A model generated the notes under the pieces. It searched no databases. It was not told the DNA's origin and saw nothing but the letters and a program-made list of their open reading frames with translations. From NCBI GenBank assembly GCA_020720965.1, contig DYNS01000001.1:1-40362 (forward strand): a stretch of DNA of 40,362 nt. Reading direction: 5' to 3'. The DNA is from Anaerolinea sp. Its GTDB lineage: Bacteria > Chloroflexota > Anaerolineae > Anaerolineales > Villigracilaceae. Below, in pieces: positions 24,260-35,521 of this stretch. The translations under genes and the position numbers were made by a program. Position 1 is the stretch's first letter, and each line of letters begins with the position of its first letter.

Positions 24260-25768
24260 TTAGGGCAATTGGGTGTTACCCATCAGGTAGCGGTCACATT
24301 CCCGTGCCGCGCCTCGTCCCTCGGCAATTGCCCACACTACCAGGCTTTGTCCTCGCCGCATATCTCCGGCAGCAAAGACTCCTGCCAGGTTGGTGAGGTA
24401 CTTTCCGGCGGCGGCTCTGGCATTGCCGCGCTCATCCTGTTGAACGTGTAGGGCGTGGAGCAGACTTTCTTCGGGTCCGAGAAAGCCCAGGGCAAGCAGA
24501 ACCAACTGCGCCGGGTAGATTCGCTCTGAACCGGGGATTTCACGGGGGCTGAGCCGCCCGTTTTCGTTTCGCCATTCCACTTCCACCGTATGCACTTCCT
24601 TTACCCAGCCGTTTTCATCCCCCACAAAGCGTTTGGCGGTGAGGCTGTACTGACGCGGGTCTGCGCCGTACAGCGCCAAATGTTCTTCCTGACCATAATC
24701 CAGTTTGTAGGTCTTGGGCCACTCGGGCCAGGGATTCTCCGGGGTGCGGGTTTGGGGCGGGCGGGGCAGAATTTCCAACTGAGTCAGGCTTTTGCAGCCC
24801 TGGCGCAGGGAGGTGGCCACGCAGTCGGTTCCCGTATCCCCGCCGCCGATGATGACTACGTCCCTGCCCTGGGCGTGAATGAAATCTCCATAGCCGTTGC
24901 GCTCTTCCCAGCCCACCTTTGCCGCGTCCGGGCTGAGCAGGCGGCGGGTATTGCCTTGTAGAAATTGCATGGCAAAGTGAATTCCTTTCAGTCCTCGCCC
25001 CTCCAGGGGCAGGTCACGGGGCTGGGTTGCGCCCCCGCACAGGACGATGGCATCAAATTCTTCGCGCAGGTCTTCGGTGGGTTTGTCTTTTCCCACTTCC
25101 ACCCCGGTAAGGAAGGTGACGCCCTCCGCTGCCAGCAAATCTACCCGGCGTTGCACAACCGCTTTGTCCAACTTCATGTTGGGGATGCCGTAAGTGAGCA
25201 GCCCGCCGATTTGGTTGGCGCGTTCATACACGGTGACGAGATGCCCGGCGCGGTTGAGTTGGGCGGCGCAAGCCAGCCCGGCGGGTCCAGAACCTATCAC
25301 CGCCACCTTTTTGCCGGTGCGAAAGGGCGGCGGCTCCGGGGTAATCCAGCCTTCCGCGAAGCCGCGTTCCACAATGGCATATTCGATGCTTTTGATGCTC
25401 ACCGGCTCGCCCATGCGCCCGGCGGTGCAAGAGCCTTCACAGGGGGCGGGGCAAACCCTCCCGGTGAACTCTGGGAAGTTGTTGGTTTGGTGCAGGCGTT
25501 CCAGCGCCAGCCGCCACTGTCCCCGGTACACCAGGTCATTCCATTCGGGAATCAGGTTGTTGATGGGGCAGCCCGCCGCCATGCCGTTGATGATTTGCCC
25601 GGTATGGCAAAAGGGGATGCCGCAATCCATACAGCGTGCCGCCTGGGTTTGCAGGTCTTGCGCCAGCATGGGCAGGTGAAATTCATCCCAGTCTTGCAGG
25701 CGTTCTTGCACCGGGCGGTCTTGCGGGGTTTGCCTTGAGTATTCCATAAATCCGGTTGGTTTTGCCAT
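24260..25768 (-). CDS. gltD: Glutamate synthase small subunit (NAD(P)H-dependent)
   Basis: 502 aa. [21 protein letters not shown], and [17 protein letters not shown] (Rossmann fold). Confidence 0.96.
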   Translation of the reverse strand: MAKPTGFMEYSRQTPQDRPVQERLQDWDEFHLPMLAQDLQTQAARCMDCGIPFCHTGQIINGMAAGCPINNLIPEWNDLVYRGQWRLALERLHQTNNFPEFTGRVCPAPCEGSCTAGRMGEPVSIKSIEYAIVERGFAEGWITPEPPPFRTGKKVAVIGSGPAGLACAAQLNRAGHLVTVYERANQIGGLLTYGIPNMKLDKAVVQRRVDLLAAEGVTFLTGVEVGKDKPTEDLREEFDAIVLCGGATQPRDLPLEGRGLKGIHFAMQFLQGNTRRLLSPDAAKVGWEERNGYGDFIHAQGRDVVIIGGGDTGTDCVATSLRQGCKSLTQLEILPRPPQTRTPENPWPEWPKTYKLDYGQEEHLALYGADPRQYSLTAKRFVGDENGWVKEVHTVEVEWRNENGRLSPREIPGSERIYPAQLVLLALGFLGPEESLLHALHVQQDERGNARAAAGKYLTNLAGVFAAGDMRRGQSLVVWAIAEGRGAARECDRYLMGNTQLP

Positions 25769-25777
25769 GTCTGCCTC

Positions 25778-28700
25778 CTAGTTGCCGCTTACCCGCGCAA
25801 CATCGTTTTTATTCAGTTCAAATGCCGCCATCACGGCTTCTTCGCCGCTTAAACCGGCGGCTTGGACTTGCTGGAAGGCTTGTAACATGCGTTTGTAGTC
25901 TTTGGGGATGACTTTAACCAGCCGGGGAGCAAGCGACTTCCAATTCTGGAGCATCCTCTTGCCTTGGGCGCTGCCGGTGTGGCGGATGTGATTTTCCACC
26001 AGCCTTTGCAGGGATGCCAGTTCTTCGGCTTCTTCCACCTTTTCCAAATCCACCATTTCCAGGTTGCACAGGCTGGCAAAGTTTCCCTCTTCATCCAAAA
26101 CGTAGGCAACCCCGCCAGACATGCCCGCCGCAAAGTTGCGCCCGGTTTTTCCCAACACCAGGGCTTTGCCGCCGGTCATATACTCGCAAGCATGGTCGCC
26201 CACCCCCTCCACTACGGCGATTGCGCCGCTGTTGCGGACGGCGAATCTTTCGCCTGCCCTGCCGCAGATATATGCCTCGCCGCTGGTTGCCCCGTATAAG
26301 GCGGTGTTGCCGATGATGATGTTCTCCTCCGCCGCAAAGGGGGAGGCTTGGGGCGGGTACACGCTGATTTTTCCGCCGGAAAGACCCTTGCCGAGGTAAT
26401 CGTTAGAGTCGCCTTCCAGCGCCAGGCTAATGCCGCAAGGCAGGAACGCCCCAAAACTTTGCCCGGCAGAACCCTGAAAGTGCAAGCGGATGGTATCTTC
26501 GGGCAGCCCTTTTGCGCCGTAGCGCCGGGTTACTTCGCTTCCGAGCATGGTTCCCACCACCCGGTTGATGTTGCGGATGGGCAGGGTGACGTTGACGGGC
26601 AGGGATTTCTCCAAGGCGGGGCGACAGACATCCAGCAGGATGCGCTTATCCAGCGTTTTTTCCAGCCCGTGCTCTTGCTTTATCTGACAGGTGTTGCGCC
26701 CTTCTTCGGCTTCGTCTGGGCGATAGAGAATTTCGGATACATCCAGCCCTTTGGCTTTCCAATGATTCACGGCACGGCGCACCTCCAACCGGTCGGCGCG
26801 CCCGACCATTTCTTCCAGAGTTCTAAAGCCCAACTGCGCCATCAGTTCCCGCACTTCCTGGGCAATGAAGCGCATAAAATTGACCACGTATTGCGGGTCA
26901 CCATCGAAATTTTTGCGTAGTTCCGGGTTTTGGGTGGCAATTCCGGTGGGGCAGGTGTCCATGTGACAGACTCGCATCATCACACAGCCGAGGGTGACGA
27001 GCGGAGCAGTGGCAAAGCCAAACTCCTCCGCGCCGAGCAGGGCGGCGATGACGACATCCCTCCCGGTTTTGAGCTGACCATCGGCTTCCACCACAATCCG
27101 GTTTCGCAGGTCGTTTAGCACCAGGGTTTGATGTGTTTCTGCCAGCCCCAACTCCCAGGGCAGCCCGGCGTGTTTGATGCTGCTAACCGGGGAGGCTCCT
27201 GTGCCGCCATCGTGCCCGCTGATGAGGACGACATCCGCGTGGGCTTTGGCAACCCCGGCGGCAACGGTTCCCACCCCCACCTCCGAGACGAGTTTGACGC
27301 TGATTCGGGCGGCGGGGTTGGCGTTCTTCAGGTCATGAATCAGTTCTGCCAGGTCTTCAATCGAATAAATATCGTGGTGAGGCGGCGGGGAAATTAACCC
27401 CACCCCCGGCGTGGAATGGCGCACTTTTGCCACCCAGGGGTACACCTTGCGCCCCGGCAACTGACCGCCCTCGCCGGGCTTGGCGCCCTGCGCCATTTTG
27501 ATTTGAATCTCCTGGGCGTGAACAAGATATTCGCTTGTGACCCCAAAACGGGCAGATGCTACCTGTTTAATGGCGCTATTGCGCGAATCGCCGTTGGGGA
27601 GGGGGCTAAAACGCGCCGGGTCTTCGCCGCCTTCGCCGGTGTTGCTCTTGCCACCGATGCGGTTCATGGCGATTGCCAGGGCTTCGTGCGCCTCCTGGCT
27701 GATGGAGCCGTAGCTCATGGCTCCGGTTTTGAAGCGTTTGCAAATCGCCTCCACCGATTCCACTTCCTCCAGCGGCAGGGGCTGGGCAGCGGGTTTGAAG
27801 GCGAACAGCCCGCGCAGGGTTCCCAGTTTTTCGGTTTGGTCGTTGATGAGGGCGCTGTATTGCTGGAAGAGGGCATAATTTTGGCTGCGGGTGGATTTTT
27901 GCAGGGCGTGGACGGCTTGGGGCGTAAACAAATGGCGCTCGCCCTCGCTTCGCCATTGATACTCCCCGCTTGTGGGCAGGCTGCGGCTGTTTGCCGGGCG
28001 TTCCGGGTAGCCGGTTTTGTGGCGGCGGTTGGCTTCTTCGGCTATCACTGCCAGGTCTATGCCGCCAATGCGGGAGGGGGTGAAGGTGAAGTATTTGTCT
28101 ATGACGCTTTGATGAACGCCGAGCGCCTCAAAAATTTGGGCGCCACAGTAACTTTGAATGGTGGAAATGCCCATCTTGGACATGGTTTTGACCACGCCCT
28201 TAATGGCGGCTTTGATGTAGTTTTGGGCGGCTTTTTCGCGGCTGATTCCTGTTAGCACACCCTGAGCAATCAGGTCGTCCAGGCTTTCGTATGCCAGGTA
28301 GGGGTTGATGACGGTTGCCCCGTAGCCAATCAGCGCCGCGAAGTGATGCACCTCGCGCGGTTCGCCGCTTTCCAAAATGAGTCCTACCTGGGTGCGGGTT
28401 CCCTGGCGGACGAGATGATGATGCAGCCCGGCAACTGCCAACAGCGCGGGAATCGGCGCGTGTTCCCGGTCTGCGCCTCGGTCGGAAAGTATCAGCAGGT
28501 TTACGCCTCTGCCAATCGCCGCATCTGCCGCCCCAAAGAGTTCCTCCAGCGCCGCCTCCAGCCCTGCCCCGCCAGAACCGGCGCGGAACAAAATGGGCAA
28601 ACCGGCGCTTCTAAAGCCCGGAATTTTGGAATGGCGCAGTTGAGCCAACTCTTCATTGGTGAGGATGGGGTAATTGAGCCGGATTTGGTGGCAACTTTGG

Positions 28701-30415
28701 GGGATGGGTTTGAGCAGGTTGGTTTCCGCTCCCACCATTACCTCGGTGGAGACGACAATTTCCTCCCGGATGGCATCGATGGGCGGGTTGGTGACTTGGG
28801 CAAACAGCTGCCGAAAATAGTTGTAGAGCAGTTTGGGCTTTTCGGAAAGGACGGCGAGGGCGGCATCGTTGCCCATGGAGCCAACCGGTTCGATGCCGTT
28901 TTGCGCCATCGGAGTCAGGATAACCCGTAAATCTTCTTCCGTGTAGCCGAACACCTGCTGTCGCTGAAAAATCTCGCGGTGTTCGGCGCGGTGTAGCCAT
29001 TCCGGGCGGGCGGGCGGCAGGTCGGAGAGCGAAACCTGGTACTTTTCCAGCCAGTCGCGGTAGGGGAAGCCTTGCGCCATTTGCTGTTTTATTTCTTCAT
29101 CCGGCACAATCCGCCCCTGGCGGGTATCTACCAGCAGCATTTTGCCGGGTTCCAGCCTGCCTTTTTGCGCCACTTTTTCGGGGGCAATCTCCAGCACGCC
29201 CACCTCCGAAGCCATGACGATTTTCCCCTCGGTTGTGACGTAGTAACGCCCTGGTCGCAAGCCGTTGCGGTCTAAAAGCGCCCCGACTTGGAAGCCATCG
29301 CAAAAGCCCATGGCAGCGGGACCGTCCCAGGGTTCCATTAAATTGGCGTGATACTCATAAAAGGCGCGTTTGTCGTCTGGCATGGTTTCGTGGTGCGACC
29401 AGGGTTCGGGAATCATCATCATCATGGCGTGTGGCAGCGAGCGCCCCGCCATGACGAGGAATTCCAGCACGTTGTCGAACATGGCGGTATCGCTCCCATC
29501 TGCGCCAATGATGGGCAGCGCTTTTTTGATGTCCGCGCCGAACAGGTCGGATTCAAACATCTCCTCCTGGGCGCGGAACCAGTTGACATTGCCGCGCAGG
29601 GTGTTGATTTCGCCATTATGGATGACGTAGCGGTAGGGATGGGCGCGTTCCCAACTGGGGAAGGTGTTGGTGCTAAAGCGGGAGTGTACCAGCGCGATGG
29701 CGCTTTCCATATCCGGGTCGCTCAGGTCGGGGAAGTAATGTTCCACCTGGTCGGAGACTAACATACCCTTGTACACCAGGGTTTTGTAAGAGAGGCTGGG
29801 GATGTAAAAGTATTCTCCGCCTTCCAGCCGCCCCCCGTAGCGGATTTCGTTTTCGGCGCGTTTGCGGATGATGTACAGTTTGCGCTCGAATGCCTGGTCA
29901 TCCCTCAGCGCGGGGTTGCGCTCGATGAGAATCAGGCGCATTTTTGGCTCGGAGCGTTTTGCCGAATCGCCCAGTTCGTGATTTTTAGTGGGTACGGTGC
30001 GCCAGCCGATGACGCGCTGCCCCTCGGCTTCGATGATTTTCTCAAAATGGAGGCGGATGGCGCGGCGGTGAATTTCGTTGCGGGGCAGGTACACCATTCC
30101 CACCCCGTATTGACCGGGTTCGGGCAGGTTGAATCCTTTTTCTTCTGCAATTTTCTTTAAGAACTTGTGCGGGGTTTGTATCAACATTCCCGCGCCATCC
30201 CCCGTGTTGGCTTCTGCGCCGCGTGCGCCCCGGTGAGTAAGATTCCGCAGGACGGTAAGCCCATCCTGAACGATTTCGTGCGAAACCTTGCCTTGAATAT
30301 TTGCCACAAAGCCTACGCCGCAGGCATCGTGTTCGTGTTGTGGGTCATATAAACCCTGCTTGGGTGGGAGTCCAGTTCGGCGGCGCTGGTCATCTCCTTC
30401 GGTTTTTTTCTTCAT
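25778..30415 (-). CDS. gltB: Glutamate synthase large subunit
   Basis: [14 protein letters not shown] (Ntn amidotransferase Cys), FMN/3Fe-4S central domains, and a C-terminal GXGXG beta-helix. I prefer start MKKKTEGDD at 30415 (AAAGGAG 7 nt upstream) over the track start 30472. Confidence 0.96.
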   Translation of the reverse strand: MKKKTEGDDQRRRTGLPPKQGLYDPQHEHDACGVGFVANIQGKVSHEIVQDGLTVLRNLTHRGARGAEANTGDGAGMLIQTPHKFLKKIAEEKGFNLPEPGQYGVGMVYLPRNEIHRRAIRLHFEKIIEAEGQRVIGWRTVPTKNHELGDSAKRSEPKMRLILIERNPALRDDQAFERKLYIIRKRAENEIRYGGRLEGGEYFYIPSLSYKTLVYKGMLVSDQVEHYFPDLSDPDMESAIALVHSRFSTNTFPSWERAHPYRYVIHNGEINTLRGNVNWFRAQEEMFESDLFGADIKKALPIIGADGSDTAMFDNVLEFLVMAGRSLPHAMMMMIPEPWSHHETMPDDKRAFYEYHANLMEPWDGPAAMGFCDGFQVGALLDRNGLRPGRYYVTTEGKIVMASEVGVLEIAPEKVAQKGRLEPGKMLLVDTRQGRIVPDEEIKQQMAQGFPYRDWLEKYQVSLSDLPPARPEWLHRAEHREIFQRQQVFGYTEEDLRVILTPMAQNGIEPVGSMGNDAALAVLSEKPKLLYNYFRQLFAQVTNPPIDAIREEIVVSTEVMVGAETNLLKPIPQSCHQIRLNYPILTNEELAQLRHSKIPGFRSAGLPILFRAGSGGAGLEAALEELFGAADAAIGRGVNLLILSDRGADREHAPIPALLAVAGLHHHLVRQGTRTQVGLILESGEPREVHHFAALIGYGATVINPYLAYESLDDLIAQGVLTGISREKAAQNYIKAAIKGVVKTMSKMGISTIQSYCGAQIFEALGVHQSVIDKYFTFTPSRIGGIDLAVIAEEANRRHKTGYPERPANSRSLPTSGEYQWRSEGERHLFTPQAVHALQKSTRSQNYALFQQYSALINDQTEKLGTLRGLFAFKPAAQPLPLEEVESVEAICKRFKTGAMSYGSISQEAHEALAIAMNRIGGKSNTGEGGEDPARFSPLPNGDSRNSAIKQVASARFGVTSEYLVHAQEIQIKMAQGAKPGEGGQLPGRKVYPWVAKVRHSTPGVGLISPPPHHDIYSIEDLAELIHDLKNANPAARISVKLVSEVGVGTVAAGVAKAHADVVLISGHDGGTGASPVSSIKHAGLPWELGLAETHQTLVLNDLRNRIVVEADGQLKTGRDVVIAALLGAEEFGFATAPLVTLGCVMMRVCHMDTCPTGIATQNPELRKNFDGDPQYVVNFMRFIAQEVRELMAQLGFRTLEEMVGRADRLEVRRAVNHWKAKGLDVSEILYRPDEAEEGRNTCQIKQEHGLEKTLDKRILLDVCRPALEKSLPVNVTLPIRNINRVVGTMLGSEVTRRYGAKGLPEDTIRLHFQGSAGQSFGAFLPCGISLALEGDSNDYLGKGLSGGKISVYPPQASPFAAEENIIIGNTALYGATSGEAYICGRAGERFAVRNSGAIAVVEGVGDHACEYMTGGKALVLGKTGRNFAAGMSGGVAYVLDEEGNFASLCNLEMVDLEKVEEAEELASLQRLVENHIRHTGSAQGKRMLQNWKSLAPRLVKVIPKDYKRMLQAFQQVQAAGLSGEEAVMAAFELNKNDVARVSGN

Positions 30416-30470
30416 GGGCTGTTCTCCTTTGGGTGAGCAAAAACGGGCATAAAAACTTTCAAATTGAATC

Positions 30471-30476
30471 ATTATA
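30471..30476 (-). promoter_or_regulatory. Candidate -10 box of the gltBD promoter
   Basis: The minus strand reads TATAAT (30476..30471), about 55 nt upstream of the gltB ATG. It is preceded by a weak -35 (TTTGCC, 16 nt spacer). Confidence 0.4.
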
Positions 30477-30518
30477 AGTACCCAAAACGGGGGGCAAAGT
30501 ACCCAAAGGGGTACTTTG
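30476..30518. promoter_or_regulatory. Candidate operator: three copies of a GGGTAC-core motif (two direct, one inverted)
   Basis: AAGTACCCAAA occurs at 30476..30486 and again at 30497..30507, a 21 nt register. CAAAGTACCC (30495..30504) and GGGTACTTTG (30509..30518) form a perfect 10-bp inverted repeat with a 4 nt spacer. The motifs overlap the putative -35/-10 of gltB in the gltB/trxA divergent spacer. Confidence 0.5.
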
Positions 30519-30604
30519 AGGGATGCTTTCTTCCGGTCTGTTTTTTCTAAACATGGGCAACAAACCCTTCAGGTCGTGATATGATTCCGCCCTGGAGGTT
30601 CCCC

Positions 30605-30928
30605 ATGAGCGAAATGCAATACGTTACAGAACAAGATTTTCAACAAGAAGTCCTTCTTTCCCCCTTGCCCGTTTTGGTAGATTTCACCGCCGTTTGGTGC
30701 GGTCCCTGTAAAATGATTGACCCCATCGTCAAGCAATTGGCGCAAGAATGGCAGGGAAAAGCCAAAGTTGTAAAATGTGACGCAGACCAAAACCCCAATA
30801 TCCTTATGCAATACGGCATTATGGGCATTCCCACCATCATGCTCTTCAAAAACGGAGCCGTTGCCGAGCGCGTCACCGGCTATCAACCCAAAGAAAAACT
30901 CGCCGCCAAAATGGCTGCCCACCTATAA
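30605..30928 (+). CDS. trxA: Thioredoxin
   Basis: WCGPCK active site and GIMGIPTIMLFKNG. Start MSEMQY at 30605 has GGAGG 6 nt upstream. The track start is 30581. Confidence 0.95.
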   Translation: MSEMQYVTEQDFQQEVLLSPLPVLVDFTAVWCGPCKMIDPIVKQLAQEWQGKAKVVKCDADQNPNILMQYGIMGIPTIMLFKNGAVAERVTGYQPKEKLAAKMAAHL

Positions 30929-30945
30929 CCGGCTAAGGAGAAACC

Positions 30946-32172
30946 ATGCAAACCCCCTGGGAACAACGCTTTGCTTATGCCATGCACGGCATGTCCAGTT
31001 CTGTTATTCGGGAATTGTTGAAACTGACCGAACAGCCCGACATCATCTCCTTTGCGGGCGGCTTACCTGCCCCGCAGGTCTTTCCGGTGCAGCAATTTCG
31101 TCAGGCTTGCGACCACGTCCTCGCCACAATGGGCGCTCAGGTGCTGCAATACGGTCCCACCGAAGGCTACACCCCTCTGCGGCAGATGATTGCCACAGAC
31201 GCCGGGCGTGTGGGCGTAAAAGTGGCGCTTTCCAACGTCTCCATCACCTCCGGCTCTCAGCAAGCCCTGGATTTTCTCGGAAAGCTCTTCATCAATCGCG
31301 GCGACTATATCGTTGTCGAATCGCCCACCTACCTGGGCGCTTTGCAAGCCTGGAACGCCTACGGCGCTCAGTACATCTCTGTTCCTTCCGATGAAAACGG
31401 CATGATTGTGGACGAATTGGAAAAAGCCCTGCGGGTTGGACCCAAGTTCATTTATGTCCTGCCCAATTTCCAAAACCCCAGCGGCTCCACCCTCACCCTG
31501 GAGCGCCGCCAAAAATTGGTGGAACTGGCAGACCGTTACGGCGTGCCGATTGTGGAAGACGACCCCTACGGGCAGTTACGCTACGAGGGTGAACACCTTC
31601 CCTCCATCCTCGCTCTCGATAGTCAGTATCGTGGCAGCGCGGAAGTGTACGATGGCAACGTCATCTACCTCAGCACCTTCTCCAAACTCCTCGCCCCCGG
31701 CATTCGCCTGGCTTGGGTCATTGCCCCAGAGACGGTGATACGCAAAATGGTGCTTGTTAAACAAGCCGCCGACCTGCACACCTCTTCGTTTAATCAGATT
31801 GTGGCGCACGAAGTCGCCAAAGACGGCTTTATAGACGAGCATGTCAAACTTATCCGCGCCACCTACAAAGAACGCCGGGACGTGATGCTGGAAACAATGG
31901 AAGAACTCTTCCCCAGCGAGGTGCGTTGGGTGCGTGCCCAGGGTGGCATGTTCCTCTGGACGATTCTGCCCGAAACAATGGACGCGACCGAACTCTTTAA
32001 GAAAGCCGTGGAAAAGAAAGTCGCCTTTGTGCCTGGTTCCGCCTTTTACCACGATGGCAGTGGACACAACACCTTACGCATCAATTTTTCCTACTCATCC
32101 CCGGAAATGATTCGGGAAGGCATTACCCGCCTGGGCTGGCTCCTGCGCGAACAGGTCGCCGCAACCCGCTAA
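30946..32172 (+). CDS. PLP-dependent aminotransferase, class I/II (2-aminoadipate/aromatic aminotransferase-like)
   Basis: 408 aa. SSVIRELLKLTEQPDIISFAGGLPAPQVFP, YVLPNFQNPSGSTL, and STFSKLLAPGIRLAW (PLP lysine). SD AAGGAG. Confidence 0.88.
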   Translation: MQTPWEQRFAYAMHGMSSSVIRELLKLTEQPDIISFAGGLPAPQVFPVQQFRQACDHVLATMGAQVLQYGPTEGYTPLRQMIATDAGRVGVKVALSNVSITSGSQQALDFLGKLFINRGDYIVVESPTYLGALQAWNAYGAQYISVPSDENGMIVDELEKALRVGPKFIYVLPNFQNPSGSTLTLERRQKLVELADRYGVPIVEDDPYGQLRYEGEHLPSILALDSQYRGSAEVYDGNVIYLSTFSKLLAPGIRLAWVIAPETVIRKMVLVKQAADLHTSSFNQIVAHEVAKDGFIDEHVKLIRATYKERRDVMLETMEELFPSEVRWVRAQGGMFLWTILPETMDATELFKKAVEKKVAFVPGSAFYHDGSGHNTLRINFSYSSPEMIREGITRLGWLLREQVAATR

Positions 32173-32195
32173 AGCCCCGGCAGGGGTTCCCATCA

Positions 32196-32226
32196 CCCCT
32201 CTCCCAGCGGGAGAGGGGCTTTTTTT
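32196..32226 (+). terminator. Intrinsic terminator after the aminotransferase gene
   Basis: CCCCTCTCCC (32196..32205), loop AGC, GGGAGAGGGG (32209..32218), then C plus T7 (32220..32226). A second weaker hairpin TCTCCC-gtt-GGGAGA follows at 32229..32243. Confidence 0.8.
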
Positions 32227-32268
32227 CATCTCCCGTTGGGAGAGGGGGCAGGGTAGCGGGTTCGGTTG

Positions 32269-32274
32269 TATAAT
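32269..32274 (+). promoter_or_regulatory. Candidate -10 box placed for a leaderless pcrA/uvrD mRNA
   Basis: TATAAT (32269..32274), 8 nt, then ATG (32283). No SD in between. Confidence 0.35.
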
Positions 32275-32282
32275 CGCCGCCT

Positions 32283-34469
32283 ATGGATTTTCTGGAAAAA
32301 CTCAACCCTGCACAAAAACAATCTGTCACCGCCGGGGAGGGGGGCATTCTCGTTTTGGCGGGACCCGGCTCCGGCAAAACCCGCGTGCTAACTCAGCGGG
32401 TTGCCTACCTCATCGGCTACTTGGGCGTGCGCCCTTATCAAATGCTGGCTGTCACCTTCACCAACAAAGCCGCGAGAGAGATGGAACACCGCGTTCAACA
32501 ACTGTTGGGGGAAGAAATGACGCGGGGGCTGCTCCTCGGCACTTTTCACTCCACCTGCGCCCGCATCCTGCGCCGGGAATCCGAGCGGTTGCCCGTCTCC
32601 AACGAGTTTGTCATCTTCGATGCCGATGACCAGCAAAAAATTGTCAAAAACGCCCTCAAAGAACTCAACCTCAGCGATAAACAATACCGCCCTCCCCTCA
32701 TTCATGCCGCCATTAGCCGCGCTAAAAACGAACTGATAGAACCGGCAAATTACCCGGTTGTCACCTATCAGGATGAAGCCATCAAACGCATTTACGAGGT
32801 CTATCAGCGTCTTTTACGTGCATCCAACGGCGTAGATTTTGACGACCTGCTCCTGCTTACCACCCAACTGCTGGAACAGCACCCCACCGTGCGCGAGAAA
32901 TATGCCAGCCGCTTTCATCACGTCCTGGTGGATGAATTTCAGGACACCAACATTGCCCAATACACCCTGCTCAAGCACCTCGCCTCGGCGCATGGCAACC
33001 TTTTTGTGGTCGGCGACCCAGACCAAAGCGTGTACGGTTGGCGCGGGGCAGACTATCGCAACGTGCAGCGCTTCGAGCGGGATTTTCCCTCCGCCCAGGT
33101 CATTTTGCTGGAACAAAATTATCGCTCCCGCCAAATGATTTTAGATGCAGCAATGGCGGTGATAGATAAAGCCCCAGGGCGGCGCAAAAAGAAATTGTTC
33201 AGCGACCGGGGACAGGGGGAGAAAATCACCTTTTACGAAGCCCTGGATGACTACGCCGAAGCCAGTTTTGTGGTGGATACCATTGCTCAACTCGTGGCAT
33301 CCCGTCAGTTTGAGCCCGGCGACTGTGCCGTCATGTATCGCACCAACGCCCAAAGCCGCCTGCTGGAAGAAGCCTTTCTGGCAGCCCGCCTGCCATACCG
33401 CCTGGTGGGCGCACAACGCTTTTATGGCAGGCGAGAAGTAAAAGATGTCATTGCCTACCTGCGCCTTGTTCAAAACCCGGAAGATGAAATCTCCCTGGAG
33501 CGTATCATCAACGTCCCGGCGCGGGGCGTGGGCGAGAAAACCCTCCTCACCCTGAGACAGGCTGCCAGAGTGGCAGGCGCCTCCACCGGTTCCGCGCTGA
33601 TGGATTTGGCGCGAGGCTCCAACTCGCCTTACTGGGGCAACTTCACCGGGCGCGCCGCCCTCGCCCTGGCAGATTTTGGCATTCACCTGGCAAACTGGCG
33701 CAGTCTGCTCGCCACCGCAACCGTACCGGAACTTTTTGACCAGGTTCTAAAAGACGCAAAATATCTCGAATCGCTGGACGATGGCACCGAAGAAGGCAAA
33801 GACCGCCTGGACAACGTAAAAGAACTGCGCCGCCTGGCGGAAGAATATGCCACCCGCACCCTGGCAGAATTTTTGGAAAACGTAGCCCTGGTTGCCGACC
33901 AGGACACCATCACCGAAGGTAACGTGCCAACCCTGCTCACCATGCACGCCGCCAAAGGGCTGGAATTTGGCGTGGTTTTCATCACCGGGTTAGATGACGG
34001 CGTTATCCCGCATAGCCGCTCTTTTGATAGCCGCGAGCAAATGGAAGAAGAACGCCGTCTTTTTTATGTGGGCATCACCCGTGCGAAAGAAAGGCTATAC
34101 CTGCTCCGCGCCATGCGCCGGGGCGGGCGCGGGTACGCCGAAGAAACGATAGAATCCCGTTTCCTGGAGGATATTCCCGTCGAGTTCCTTCAGGGCAGAG
34201 GGCGCGCCGGGCGCAGTTCCCGCACCTTTCACCGTAGCATGTCCCAAACCTGGTCTTCTGCCCCCGCTGCACCTGCCGCCCCTCCGCCTGTCCCCGCCTC
34301 GCAGCAATACCGTCCCGGCATGAGGGTGAAGCACGCCCTTTGGGCGGAAGGGATTGTGATAGAAAGCCGCCTGCAAGACGGAGAAGAAATTGTGGAGATA
34401 GCCTTTGCCTCGGTTGGCACCAAACGAGTGATGGCAAGCCTGGCAAAGTTGGAGATTCTCACCCATTAG
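32283..34469 (+). CDS. pcrA: ATP-dependent DNA helicase, UvrD/PcrA family
   Basis: 728 aa. VLAGPGSGKTRVL (motif I), VDEFQDTN (motif II), VGDPDQSVYGWRGA, NYRS, TMHAAKGLEF, and a C-terminal Tudor-like tail. Confidence 0.96.
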   Translation: MDFLEKLNPAQKQSVTAGEGGILVLAGPGSGKTRVLTQRVAYLIGYLGVRPYQMLAVTFTNKAAREMEHRVQQLLGEEMTRGLLLGTFHSTCARILRRESERLPVSNEFVIFDADDQQKIVKNALKELNLSDKQYRPPLIHAAISRAKNELIEPANYPVVTYQDEAIKRIYEVYQRLLRASNGVDFDDLLLLTTQLLEQHPTVREKYASRFHHVLVDEFQDTNIAQYTLLKHLASAHGNLFVVGDPDQSVYGWRGADYRNVQRFERDFPSAQVILLEQNYRSRQMILDAAMAVIDKAPGRRKKKLFSDRGQGEKITFYEALDDYAEASFVVDTIAQLVASRQFEPGDCAVMYRTNAQSRLLEEAFLAARLPYRLVGAQRFYGRREVKDVIAYLRLVQNPEDEISLERIINVPARGVGEKTLLTLRQAARVAGASTGSALMDLARGSNSPYWGNFTGRAALALADFGIHLANWRSLLATATVPELFDQVLKDAKYLESLDDGTEEGKDRLDNVKELRRLAEEYATRTLAEFLENVALVADQDTITEGNVPTLLTMHAAKGLEFGVVFITGLDDGVIPHSRSFDSREQMEEERRLFYVGITRAKERLYLLRAMRRGGRGYAEETIESRFLEDIPVEFLQGRGRAGRSSRTFHRSMSQTWSSAPAAPAAPPPVPASQQYRPGMRVKHALWAEGIVIESRLQDGEEIVEIAFASVGTKRVMASLAKLEILTH

Positions 34470-34501
34470 GCGCAGAACGCGCCACCCATCAGGAGGCACA
34501 C

Positions 34502-35512
34502 TTGTCCGAAACCTTAAAAATCGTCATCCCCATGGCTGGTTGGGGAACCAGAATGCGCCCGCACACCTGGAGCAAACCCAAGCCCCTCGTCAGCGTTGCC
34601 GGGAAACCCTCCTTTGACCATCTGTTGGATATGTTCCGCAGCGTGCCAGACCCCAAAAACACGGAATACATCTTCATCATCGGCTCCTTCCTCGGCGAAC
34701 AAATCCCCGTCTATGTGAGCAAACACTACCCGGAGATTAAAGCCCACTACGTCACCCAGGAAGAAATGCGCGGGCAGAGCCACGCCCTATGGCTTGCCCG
34801 CCACCATTTGCAGGGTCCCACCATCATGGTCTTCTCCGATACCCTGCTGGAAACCGACTTCTCCTTCTTGGCGCAAGAACCCGCCGATGGCGTTGCCTGG
34901 GTCAAAGCCGTGCCAGACCCGCGCCGCTTTGGTGTGGCGGAAGTGAAAGAAGGGCGCATCTCCCGCCTGATAGAAAAACCCCAAACCATGGAAAACAATC
35001 TCGCCCTGGTCGGCTGCTATTACTTCAAACGTGGCGAAGACCTGGTGAGAGCGATTAACGAACAAATGAAGCGAGGCATCGCCCTCAAGGGCGAATACTT
35101 CCTGGCGGATGCCATCAACATCATGTTAGATTACGGTGCAGAAATGCGTACCCAAAACGTGGATGTCTGGCTGGATACTGGAACCATCGAAGCCACCCTG
35201 GAAACCAATACCTACATGCTCGAGCACGGGCGGGATAACTCTTCCGAAGTGGCAAACTTGCCAGGTGTCACCATCATCCCCCCGGTCTTCATTCACCCCA
35301 CCGCAAGGGTGGAAAACTCCGTCATCGGTCCTCACGTCTCCGTCAGTGCAGATTGCGAAGTGGGCAACTGCGTACTGCGAAACAGTATCCTGGATGATGG
35401 CGCCGCCGTGAACGACTCGGTTTTGGATGGCTCTTTCATTGGCAGGCAGGCGCGGGTTAAAGGACGCGCCGCCGCCGTAAACATTGGCGATAATTCCAGT
35501 ATTCAACTATAA
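34502..35512 (+). CDS. Sugar-phosphate nucleotidyltransferase with a C-terminal left-handed beta-helix
   Basis: Start TTG 34502 with AGGAGG (34491..34496) 5 nt upstream: (M)SETLKIVIPMAGWGTRMRPHTWSKPKPLV (GxGTR motif), followed by hexapeptide-like repeats (ARVENSVIGPHVSVSADCEVGNCVL). The track ORF start 34340 lies inside pcrA. Confidence 0.85.
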   Translation: MSETLKIVIPMAGWGTRMRPHTWSKPKPLVSVAGKPSFDHLLDMFRSVPDPKNTEYIFIIGSFLGEQIPVYVSKHYPEIKAHYVTQEEMRGQSHALWLARHHLQGPTIMVFSDTLLETDFSFLAQEPADGVAWVKAVPDPRRFGVAEVKEGRISRLIEKPQTMENNLALVGCYYFKRGEDLVRAINEQMKRGIALKGEYFLADAINIMLDYGAEMRTQNVDVWLDTGTIEATLETNTYMLEHGRDNSSEVANLPGVTIIPPVFIHPTARVENSVIGPHVSVSADCEVGNCVLRNSILDDGAAVNDSVLDGSFIGRQARVKGRAAAVNIGDNSSIQL

Positions 35513-35521
35513 GGAGCAGGC

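Noticed and set aside
30416-30472. Longer N-terminal extensions offered by the ORF track: gltB from 30472, nadK from 4273, the nucleotidyltransferase from 34340, nuoC from 9693, nuoK from 18494.
   Set aside because: Each extension overlaps the upstream gene or lacks an SD. The internal starts have good SD spacing or stop/start overlaps, and they give N-termini typical of the families.
30495-30518. Interpreting the gltB-upstream palindrome as a cyanobacterial NtcA box or a TnrA/GlnR box.
   Set aside because: NtcA sites are GTA-N8-TAC, whereas here the GTA...TAC spacing is 10 nt. There is no TGTNA-N7-TNACA pattern either. It is kept only as an unassigned operator candidate.
32196-32243. The two CCCTCTCCC/GGGAGAGGG-type hairpins, considered as a possible REP-like or mobile repeat.
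   Set aside because: There is only one locus in this window. The first hairpin plus T7 is fully explained as an intrinsic terminator. Repeat-family status cannot be judged without the rest of the genome.
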